Shown here: positions 13,074 through 23,679 of the stretch, piece after piece
Position numbering within the stretch: position 1 is the stretch's first letter
How the letters are laid out: every line of letters begins with the position of its first letter
Assembly: GCA_000320545.1 (NCBI GenBank)
Contig: ADNK01003512.1
Coordinates: 1-64,000, forward strand
DNA: 64,000 nucleotides
Direction: 5' to 3'
Origin: Bigelowiella natans CCMP2755
Taxonomy: Eukaryota > Protista > Cercozoa
The notes under the pieces: generated by a model
What the model saw: the letters and a program-made list of their open reading frames with translations, nothing else
Database searches by the model: none
What the model was told of the DNA's origin: nothing
Position numbers and translations under genes: made by a program

Positions 13074-13940
13074 TACAAAACGATTTAACACAAGCTGTAT
13101 GATAACTGTATTTTATAAGCACGATTCTATATTGTATATCTCTCTCTCTCTCTCTGTTTGTTGAAAATCTCTCGTCTATGTTCATTCTTCATTGAGGAAA
13201 TAGTGGTACTCTGTGGAGTCGTAGATAGAATCATCTGGTAGGGGCCAAATATTTGTGTGGGAAACTGTAGAGAAGTACGTATTCTGCTCGATAGATAAAA
13301 TACAATATAAACACAATGCTTAGGCTTCGCTACTGATATATGGATTTTCATCAACAAGTATGCTAAATAGAGAAACACTACACACCACTTATATCCAAAG
13401 TAGAACTACTGCAGGTGCTATGAAGACATGTGTATAGCGATGATCGCAATTTTGAGAATTGAGATGCACAACATATTTATGAAAAGAAAGCTAGTACTAA
13501 TACTGACTGACGAACATTGGTTCTGCGGCAGAGTCCGCTTTCCTAAATCGAAATGGCATTTTTGTAGGGTGGTCGGTGTCGTCGAGTCTACCATCCTGAG
13601 AATCATGGTATACGTGAGATTCTTCTGGATAAGTTCTGCTTTCCAGTTATGCTACCTTGCCGGGAGTAGTCTTGCCTTCAAACTCCAAGAGCGTGGATGT
13701 TTGCTTACCGTGTTTATCTTCCTTTTCATTGTTCCCGTTTGTATAGTACCTTGGAATCAAGAAACCGGAACGAAACGACTCTTGCGCCATCATGCCATCC
13801 CGCCCTTCATCAATGTACTGCGGTACGACTGATGCTGCTATTCTGCTGCAGCATAGAAGAAAAAAGACACTTTGCATCGAAAGAGAAGATAGCAACTTTT
13901 CTCGTGTGCATTCCCCCCTTTTATGGTTACTACACCGCAC
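11700..13940 (-). CDS. Probable multi-exon gene of unknown function; boundaries uncertain
   Basis: Short coding-like blocks (e.g. VVPQYIDEGRDGMMAQESFRSGFLIP, TSTLLEFEGKTTPGK, DGRLDDTDHPTKMPFRF) alternate with microsatellite-containing intron-like DNA and minus-strand GT/AG sites. No family recognised. Confidence 0.35.
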
Positions 13941-15033
13941 GGCAAGTAATGTGCCCCCCCCCCACCCTCTCCCGAACGAGGGAGAAAGTTCAAATATTTC
14001 GAATTTTTCAACGAAATATTAATTAATGTTGGGAAATAGTGTTGTTTTACTTATCCTCAATTTCCCCGTGTCGCATCTAGATAAATGAACTACCTTTACT
14101 TGGAAAAGTGAGCAAATTACAAGCGTTGTCGTTAAATTAAAATCTAGGTTAAATAGCTCAAAACCGGTCGCAAGTGCCGTCCATGAGTGGGGTATCCAAC
14201 AAACACCAAAGAGCAAGAAATGGATTTCGTTTTATTTGAAAAATGATGTGCATCAGTCCCGTTTGTGCCCCAAGTGGCCTGCTGTACGGCAAATAACGAC
14301 GTCAGTCTGGAGAATATTTAAGGTTTATTTACTCTCCCTCGAGAGGACCTTTTTAACTTATGCCGTACACCTTATATTTGAGACATACAGAAAATCGTGT
14401 ATACTACCTTTTTCTGCCTCTAGTCCATGTCTATCGTGTTAAAATATGCCTGATTTCTGAGCAACAGTTTCACACCCGAGAAGCAAATGGTCAAGAAATT
14501 GCCGAAAGTTTTCGTCGTATTCTCAGCTCATGGAAAAGAAATCTGAGCAAAACGTAAAGCGTTATCTATTCGTAAGTCCACGCATCCTGAAATATGGGAG
14601 TAGTGTCTATGCGCAGGGGGTTTTTGCTCGAATTGGCTGCTCGTAACGTATAATCTGCTCAAACCCCCTGCTCGTACACGTACACGTGCACATTTAACAA
14701 AACACGTCGACTCCTTGCATCGTACGAAAGGAACAAGAAGGTTCGCCCTCTCTCTCTCTGTTAGTTTATTGCAGAAATGCGTGAATGTGGTACGCGGTGT
14801 ATTAGTATAGGGCTTGACAGCGATATAGTTGCATAAATGATGCTAAGCTAACATTGGCATGAATGGTATAGAAAGTACGTGGTCACCATAGTAGTACTGA
14901 ATGATCCCATCTCCTCCTGTAAATCTCTCAATACAGCTGTTCTGATAACAATAATGTGCCTATCTCTCGTTGGTAATGTACATGTGCGTCTCTTATACTT
15001 ATTGGATACCTTATTATTTCTCAAATACAGACG

Positions 15034-15569
15034 ATGCGTTCGAGCGGATATGTTGGTACGCTTGCGATGCTCGCTTTATCAGCGACATCTGCGCTACTTT
15101 TCTTCCATACAAGCAACAACTTGGGAATGATGGCAACGAATACACGTGTTGCGAGGGTAATTATCAAACTTGATCAGATTGTTGCATCATCTACATCATC
15201 GTATCACTTTGTCTTTCGCTATCCATTTTCATCTTATTCTCGCAAACTATGGGAGATCCTCGATACAATGATGGCCTCTGCAATTAAAACATTATCTACC
15301 AAGTGATACAGAATTAATAACAAACATTCTAATTTCAAGACGGCGATGCCTGCACGGATGATGATGATGAACAAGCGGCTCGCTGCACGCAACATGCGCG
15401 CATGCGCCACAGAGGAATTCGATTTGACCCAATTTGGAGACCTTCCCTACAATGCACTAGAAGTTGGACTGAACCAGGCCATCGAAGATGCTGCACGCCG
15501 TCGCGATACCGCTGCCGCAAGAATACTTGAAAAGTAATTTATGACAATCTTTTCTTCTTGTTTTGTGCT

Positions 15570-15615
<46 letters not shown>

Positions 15616-15660
15616 TCTCGTCTCTCTTTTTATGTGATTATAGCGGCAACGTGCGACTGT

Positions 15661-15734
<74 letters not shown>

Positions 15735-16906
15735 AGAGTGCGACGCGCAAAGCACGAGCATGAGATGTCTGGACGTGACGTACCTTGGTACAGAGGAGGT
15801 AGCAAGGACCGTGATCGCTACGACGGTGTCATGAACATGTCGCCTCTAGAAGAACAACGAATGGAGATCGAACGCACACGCCGCAGCCAAGACCAGGTGA
15901 TAGTATTAGGAACGATAAGAACCATTAGTCCAAATTTCTCTGAAAAACTTGAAGTGCACGCGTGCATGCGTACGAGACAGCGAAAGGGAAATAAAATATT
16001 TCATATCATCACCTCATTCTTCCACCGATCGATGTTCTTATTCTCTTCCTTTTCTAGCAAACGGCCGAGAAGCTTTGGCAGAGGGAAGATGCTCTCATCT
16101 CCGACGTTAAGGCAAAGGGCATGAAGTGGGATGACAAAGGACCACTTGGCCTCCCCATGGACGTTGTACGCGTTTGTGACGACGCAGCTAAGGCTCTTTA
16201 CAAGTCGCTTTCTGAGCCTCATGAGGGCGGGAAGTTGATCTCCATGCGCATTAATGTTGATCCAATGCCATGGTGGGATTTCCCCTCCGACTTGACTCTC
16301 CCTATTGGCATCATCAACTTTCTCAAGAATGGGTGGTATATGAGCTAGTTGTTTGCTGCTGCTCCCTCGGTCCGTGCGTGTGTGTGATGGATAATCTGTT
16401 CCTCCTAGTCTTTTCGTGAAACCATGACAAACGGCCACTGGCATAAAGCATTAGTGTTGTCCCAATCAACCATGGTTATACTTGACATCGTTTATAATCA
16501 TCATCAGTGCTGGCTATGAAAAGGTGGCGGTCATTCCCCCACGAGGTGCGAACATGGCCGACCTTCCCCTCGATCAACTTGCTATTGGTGATGTAGAGAA
16601 CGCAGACGTAGTCTTCATTCTACACCCTGATTTATCTTCACCTGAGCGTATCGAGGAGGTCCATCAGATGTCTAAGCTCACCAAGTCGGGTGATGTTGTC
16701 GTTCTTGATGGAAAATTTGGAGAACCTGGTAATATTCATGGTGATAGAAGTATGTAGGGTGTAGTAGCAGATGCTTGTATTCAACACGCATATACCACTC
16801 GTGCTTGCTGCAAGCTTTGTCTATCATCTACTAAGAAACTATATATCGCTGCAGTATCTTTACTATTAGCTGTATTTGTAATCATCGATACACACACAAC
16901 CCAGAC

Positions 16907-16944
<38 letters not shown>

Positions 16945-17945
16945 ATACGCTGTTGCAGGAAGCTTCGAGGGAAAGAAGATTCGTCAAAATGCAAAGCAGC
17001 TGTTTACTGGAGGGGTGGAGTCTATTCAATTCGCTATGCCTCCTGTAAAGCTTGTTCGTAATGTCGGAGGAGATCCTTATCCTCTCCCTTCATGGCTCCA
17101 AGCAGCAGGCTACAAAGCCACCGGAAATCTCGCAATTACGGGTAGGTGCTTTGTGTGCATGTATAATCATGTAATTATATCCCAAAATATAGATCATTCT
17201 GCTGCTGATGATGATGATGGTGATGCGAGGAGGGGCGAGTATCGTCTCTCCGATTTGTTCGTAGCATTGAGTTGCTGACGATGTTGCAATTAATTCATCA
17301 TTACTTTAAAGCTGCTGCTGTAATATTTACTACCCCCTATATACCTAATTAGGTAACTCTGGAACGGGTAAATCTTCGTTGACGAACGCCATGCGTGGTC
17401 TGAAGGCACGTGACGATGGTGCTGCTGCTGTCGGGGTAAAGGAGACCACATTGGAGCCTACTCCTTATCACATCAATGTGGATGGGAAAGAGCTGTCCCT
17501 CTATGACCTTCCTGGAGCAGGAACACCTAAGTTTCCTCTTGCAACTTACATCCAGAACATGGGAATCAAGTACTTTGACCTTGTTATTGTTGCTTCGGCA
17601 GGTCGTTTCACCGAAAACGACTTGGAATTGATGGACGAGCTTCGCAGGCACGCCATCCCCTTCTTTGCATTAAGGACTAAGATCGACCTCGAGATTCGTA
17701 ACGCTGAGCAGGATTCTGGCGCCTCAGCACAGGAAACGCTCGATAAGATTCGAAAGGACCTCGAGCATTACACCCTCCTTCCTCCTGATCGTATCTATAT
17801 GGTGTCATCTCGTCGTCCACAGGAATTCGACTTCCAGCGTCTTAAGGATGATACGCAGAGTTCGCTGATGCGTGCCTTGGATCTAAAGCTCGCTAAGGCT
17901 CTTACAAGGAAACTTGAGGTCCAAAATGTGTGGAACGCATTATAA
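15034..17945 (+). CDS. Immunity-related GTPase (IRG/IIGP, p47-like) domain protein with a bipartite plastid-type leader, 7 exons
   Basis: All six introns splice in frame (GT-AG). The C-terminal domain reads NLAITG|NSGTGKSSLTNAMRG..AAAVGVKETTLEPTPY..LYDLPGAGTPKF..FDLVIVASAGRFTENDLEL..FFALRTKIDL, i.e. the G1/G2/G3/G4 motifs of IIGP1-family GTPases. The N-terminus is MRSSGYVGTLAMLALSATSALLFF plus an Arg/Met/Ala-rich transit-like peptide. Confidence 0.85.
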
Positions 17946-18189
17946 GAAACCAAAAATGCAAAACTTCCCATCCAGTTATGGTCGCGGAAATTAAATAAGA
18001 CACAGTCTGTAGAGATGATATGCTTGATGACCACGACATTTGGATTGAACTTTGTCGTATGTTGCACATAGCTGTAAGAAATAAGGGACATCATGTTTTC
18101 ACACTTTAATGAAGAAAATCATGAACTTATTACACATTATGCACAGCTAGACAGCTTAAAGCTGGCCACAGCTCACAAAACAAAAATAA

Positions 18190-20230
18190 TTACATGCCAC
18201 ATGCAAAAAATGCACACGTTGCGTACATGCATACGCGCATGTAGGCAGGCCCATGAGAATATTGCTAGCTTGCAGCTCATCACTCTACTTGTCTAGAGCT
18301 ACGTAACATGGCACAGTACGCACGCGTATTCATCTTGACTTCTAGGCATGCCTAGCTAGCTAGATGCTGCAGCGCATGTGCATGCCACATGTAACACGTG
18401 GTGCTGCCATCACTGTTGCAACTAGCGGTTGAATTGCCCCAACCGCTAATTGCAACAGTGGTGGCAGCACCACGTGTTGCACCTCCCCCAGTCGTGCAAG
18501 ACATTAGTCCTGAGGGGTGAATCGCATGAGATGCCAAGTGATGTCTTCATCACGCACTTTGCGTCATTCAGAGTCGACAAAGAAGTCGAGTTCATCAGAG
18601 GGTTCCACTCCGTGGTAGCTCTCAGATGCAGCTTCGAGAGCAAAGAACCAATCCATGCATTTGAGTCCAGGCACCACAGCAAATAGGACTCGGTAATCTT
18701 TCTCGTTGACAGCTTCAAGCAGTTGCTGACTAGTGCACACCTGTCAGTGTGATCATGATTCAACTCAGAATGAGAAGGTGAACAGATGATGTTGAACGTG
18801 GGCTTAGGCCCCAGAACAGATCTTCCGATGTTCCAGACATCGTCGTTAACTTTGGAACATTTCAAGATGTCGAATCCAACGTCGAAGTTCTTCAAATGAT
18901 CGATGTGTCGCTCAGTGATGCGTTCACCGTCCCAGACGTGATGGCGTTCACGTCCAGTTCTCTCGGTAACTCTGACTACGTCGCTCCACCAAGGATCGTC
19001 CTTGTTGCGTCCTCTGGGATTCGCTCACCATTGCAACTAGCGGTTGGGACAATTCAAATTGCCATTGTGAAAGCCGCGCAAGATCTAGGAATGTTCTGAA
19101 AGAACATTCCCATTGCATTCTCAGCGCATTCTTGACTGTTTCCGCGCATGCGCTCAACGTTCACCAATCAAAACAGAATTCATTTGAACAAGTGCCCACT
19201 CTGCGCTAGCAACTGCGCGCGATTAGCATTGGACATTCTGCCACGGACTGCACACAACCAACCCAACGCGTGCATGTGCGCAACGTGATCGACGGTGCAC
19301 GTCACTAGCTAGCTCGCAGGTCATGTTTGGGCATGTGCACACGTTGAGTCGCAGCTCGTCTAGCAGCACTGTGCTGCTGCTACTGGCCAGATGTTGGTGT
19401 GTGGATCATGTTGCTCATGCATGTGGCACGGTGGACGCCAGCTGCTAGCCATGCAGGCCAAGGGACGTAGCTAGCTAGCCCCATGTAGAGCCTGCACCAG
19501 AGCAGACGAGACGGGCCACACCATCATCAAGCTGCAGGTACATCAGCTAGCACATCAAACTTGCTAGCTTGCGCGCATTGATGGCTTTTGCAATGACGCT
19601 AATTGAGTGACGCAAACCACTAGCTAGACGACCATGCAGGCCATCTAGCTGTGTTCGCGCGCCAGTCGCCAACGGCTGACATGCAATCCGCCGCCATGCA
19701 ATGATGCGTGCGTGCATGCGCGATGATGGACTGCGATGCACACAACGACGCGTGCCGTACGTCCACGCATGCAGTGCTAGAGTGCATGCGTGGGCGCTAG
19801 CTAGCGAGTCTATGACAATTGCGCATGCACACATCTAGCATCGATCAGCACAGCAACAAAGTCGCAACACGCGTGTTTCATCATGAACATGACAGTGCGT
19901 TGCATATGTGTTGCACACATCGATCTAGTTCGATTCACATCGCATGTCATCTAGTCATGTGTCATGTGTGTGCAGAATGCACATTGCACATGATCGACAT
20001 GAGCTCTACACCATGCTAGCATGTGGCGTGCAGCATGGAAGACCATGAATGTTCAATTAGCCAGGTCAAGCTGTCCATGTTTCGGACATTGTGTGCATCG
20101 TGCAGGAACACATTCGATAAGCACGTTTGATTGTCGCTTTAAGTAAGCAGTCATTGTGTAGGCGCAAGTCTGCTCTATCCTCAGGACTGGCAACAAGCGA
20201 TGCTCATGCATTTCACATACATGCACGCAC
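18190..20230. mobile_element. TpA-depleted degenerate repeat/transposon tract with a 40-bp hairpin and an inverted-repeat-bounded segment
   Basis: TG/CA-rich with CTAG survivors. Hairpin at 18391-18480, inverted repeats at 18429-18455 / 19031-19057, and a broken minus-strand ORF between them. Confidence 0.6.
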
Positions 20231-20397
20231 CGTTTTTGTATGATATTAGATCTCATTTTTAATTAATTCTATACATCGTTGAATTTCGTTTTCTTTACGA
20301 ATGTGACTATTCGTCACGAGAATGAACACACACAGTACGCTTCTTCACTTCTATTTCTGAACAATCCTTAACCTTATGTTTTCAAGACCAGAAGAAT

Positions 20398-21438
20398 CTA
20401 AGGGGTGAACTTAGTTGCGGTAGCGAGGGTGAGACCGTTAACTCCGGATGGATCAGCGATGTGCTCAGCCCAGTTCTCAACAGGTCCCTTACCGGTAGAA
20501 ATAGCCTGAACGTAGAATCCGAGCATGGAGAACATAGCGAGACGGCCGTTCTTGATCTCCTTAACCTTAAGTTCAGCGAAGGTATCTGGATCGTCAGCAA
20601 GTCCAAGAGGATCGAAAGCTCCACCAGGGTTGATAGCATCAAGACCTTCTCCAGCAGGACCTCCGTTCACACGGTAAGCTTCAGCTCCTCCCATAAGGAT
20701 GACCTGGCAAGCAAGGATAGCAAGAATCGACTGAGCGTGAACGAGGGAAGGGTTTCCAAGGTAGTCAAGTCCGCCCTCAGCGAAGATCTGGGATCCAGCC
20801 TTGAACCAAACAGGCTCAGCAATAGGAACGCCAGAGTACTTTGCAAGAAGCTCAGGAGTCACGCATCCGAGTGTTCCAAGCATAGCCCAACGAGCGTGGA
20901 TTACTTCGGTCTCACGGTATGCAGCGAAGGTGGTTGGGTCAGCGGAAAGTCCCTGAGTATCCCATCCGTAGTCTCCAGGGAACTCACCAGTGAGGTAGGA
21001 AGGAACAGCTCCCTCAGAGAAAGGGCCAAGCCAGAGAGCACGGTCAGGTCCGTACCATTCCTGGCAAGCAGCACCTCCAATCTTCTGGCAGGTAACCTGC
21101 TGAGCGATCTCAGGGATGCTCATGCCGGACTTGACAAGCTTGTTGGTGATAGCACCAGTCTTAACAAGGAGGTCAGCCTTAGGGGACTGGGAGAGGATAG
21201 CACGGCCCTGCTCGACGGAGATCTTCTTAGCAGCAAGGGATTGAACACCGCGGACAGCAGAGTTGACCATGGATCCGGTGTTGCGGACAGCAACTCCAGC
21301 ACCGATTTGCTCAGGCTGGGAGGAGAAGGACATGTATGCAACCCCAGCAGCGAGGGCGCAGTTCACAGCCACAGAAGCAGCGAGGTACTTCTGGGTGGAG
21401 GTCTTCTTTGGTGCAGCGGAAAGGAGTCCAGTATCCAT
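20398..21438 (-). CDS. LHCBM: Major light-harvesting chlorophyll a/b-binding protein (LHCII) precursor, intronless
   Basis: [68 protein letters not shown] (MDTGLLS) at 21438. Leader of about 125 aa with a hydrophobic signal. Confidence 0.97.
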   Translation of the reverse strand: MDTGLLSAAPKKTSTQKYLAASVAVNCALAAGVAYMSFSSQPEQIGAGVAVRNTGSMVNSAVRGVQSLAAKKISVEQGRAILSQSPKADLLVKTGAITNKLVKSGMSIPEIAQQVTCQKIGGAACQEWYGPDRALWLGPFSEGAVPSYLTGEFPGDYGWDTQGLSADPTTFAAYRETEVIHARWAMLGTLGCVTPELLAKYSGVPIAEPVWFKAGSQIFAEGGLDYLGNPSLVHAQSILAILACQVILMGGAEAYRVNGGPAGEGLDAINPGGAFDPLGLADDPDTFAELKVKEIKNGRLAMFSMLGFYVQAISTGKGPVENWAEHIADPSGVNGLTLATATKFTP

Positions 21439-22441
21439 GATTAAGCTATCGGGGGTTTGAGTTATGAGGGTTTTGCGTCCAAGGGAAAAGTGCAAGGTTT
21501 ACTTTCAGGTTAATTTTGGGTTAGACACCGTGCTCAAATCGCTAATTTTAGACAATATGACACGAATTATCGATTAAAATTGAAAAATGGACTAATTTAC
21601 AGCTTTTTGTGCCGATATGTACGCATTCTTCAGACTAAGGATAGTGACCAAAAGATGTGATTTTGCTCTTGGGTTCGCCGACTTTGTAATTAATAATTGA
21701 AGAAAATATCGGGAGACGGATGAATCATGGGACAATCACCAAAATTTATCCGCAAATTAGAAAACCATCCTACCGCATGATAGAACAAAAGAATGCACTT
21801 GTGGTATGCACTTGTGTTTTTTGACATTCATGTGCACTTTCATTGTATATGATGTTGTCTTTTACTGGTAACGACCATGACCTCTTGTAATGTACACTTT
21901 TTTTCGTAAATTACGGGATTCTTAAGAATCTCTTGTGGCCAAATGATGTAGGCTGAACGCTGGTAATTTCGTCTGAAATTCAGACATTCTGGAAGAGCGT
22001 TTGTTTTTTCTTCTGGGAGTACCAAAGAGAAGTGGTGCTCCACAAGATGAAACGGCTTCTTTATTCATCTTGGAGAGTTGTGCAATCTTCAGAATTTGTG
22101 CTCATGTATTTTATTGGAAATTAATCCAACAAATGACATGACTGGACCACTTTTTACTCGAAATATCGCAAAATTTTACAATAAAAGGGAAAGCTAATTG
22201 CAATGATCCGCGAAATTAAGGCTGATTTTATAGATTAAAGAGCATGCAGGAAAATAAAGAGCTGTAAATGTAATTTTAAAATACGGTGATTATCTGCTAT
22301 TTCAGGCAACTGGTTAAGAGTCACAAGCTTTCGCCCGTCCGTTCGAGAAAAAATTAAAAAAAATGAGACCCCTGTCTCAGATTTAAAGCTGAAGGAATCA
22401 AGGGGTGTGATCAAATCTCAAAAACCCGTACAACAATCGTA

Positions 22442-23479
22442 ATGGATTCCGCACTCTACCACGTTCCTAAGAAGACCTCCACCCAGAAGTACCTCGCTGC
22501 TTCTGTGGCTGTGAACTGCGCCCTCGCTGCTGGGGTTGCATACATGTCCTTCTCCTCCCAGCCTGAGCAAATCGGTGCTGGAGTTGCTGTCCGCAACACC
22601 GGATCCATGGTCAACTCTGCTGTCCGCGGTGTTCAATCCCTTGCTGCTAAGAAGATCTCCGTCGAGCAGGGCCGTGCTATCCTCTCCCAGTCCCCTAAGG
22701 CTGACCTCCTTGTTAAGACTGGTGCTATCACCAACAAGCTTGTCAAGTCCGGCATGAGCATCCCTGAGATCGCTCAGCAGGTTACCTGCCAGAAGATCGG
22801 AGGTGCTGCTTGCCAGGAATGGTACGGACCTGACCGTGCTCTCTGGCTTGGCCCTTTCTCTGAGGGAGCTGTTCCTTCCTACCTCACTGGTGAGTTCCCT
22901 GGAGACTACGGATGGGATACTCAGGGACTTTCCGCTGACCCAACCACCTTCGCTGCATACCGTGAGACCGAAGTAATCCACGCTCGTTGGGCTATGCTTG
23001 GAACACTCGGATGCGTGACTCCTGAGCTTCTTGCAAAGTACTCTGGCGTTCCTATTGCTGAGCCTGTTTGGTTCAAGGCTGGATCCCAGATCTTCGCTGA
23101 GGGCGGACTTGACTACCTTGGAAACCCTTCCCTTGTTCACGCTCAGTCAATTCTTGCTATCCTTGCTTGCCAGGTCATCCTTATGGGAGGAGCTGAAGCT
23201 TACCGTGTGAACGGAGGTCCTGCTGGAGAAGGTCTTGATGCTATCAACCCTGGTGGAGCTTTCGATCCTCTTGGACTTGCTGACGATCCAGATACCTTCG
23301 CTGAACTAAAGGTTAAGGAGATCAAGAACGGCCGTCTCGCTATGTTCTCCATGCTCGGATTCTACGTTCAGGCTATTTCTACCGGTAAGGGACCTGTTGA
23401 GAACTGGGCTGAGCACATCGCTGATCCATCCGGAGTTAACGGTCTCACCCTCGCTACCGCAACTAAGTTCACCCCTTAG
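22442..23479 (+). CDS. LHCBM: LHCII precursor, near-identical inverted copy, intronless
   Basis: Same motifs. The protein is identical to the minus-strand copy from PKKTSTQK onward. Confidence 0.97.
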   Translation: MDSALYHVPKKTSTQKYLAASVAVNCALAAGVAYMSFSSQPEQIGAGVAVRNTGSMVNSAVRGVQSLAAKKISVEQGRAILSQSPKADLLVKTGAITNKLVKSGMSIPEIAQQVTCQKIGGAACQEWYGPDRALWLGPFSEGAVPSYLTGEFPGDYGWDTQGLSADPTTFAAYRETEVIHARWAMLGTLGCVTPELLAKYSGVPIAEPVWFKAGSQIFAEGGLDYLGNPSLVHAQSILAILACQVILMGGAEAYRVNGGPAGEGLDAINPGGAFDPLGLADDPDTFAELKVKEIKNGRLAMFSMLGFYVQAISTGKGPVENWAEHIADPSGVNGLTLATATKFTP

Positions 23480-23679
23480 ATTAGTTTAGAATTAAATTTA
23501 GCTGTTGACGTGGACCTGCGCACAAGCAGACATCGCAACATTACTCCGTAGCTACAGTCAGCACACATGAGTGCCGCGTATAATGACTACTGAATTTGTT
23601 CCTCGCTGCAAAAATGTAGCATAATGATAGAAGCACACAGTGCTGAATTTATGAAACCTTAAATGGACATTGAATTCAT

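Noticed and set aside
20461-23140. Long antisense ORFs (20461-21444 +, 22418-23140 -) over the LHCII genes
   Set aside because: Shadow frames produced by strong codon bias in LHCII. They show no recognisable protein features.
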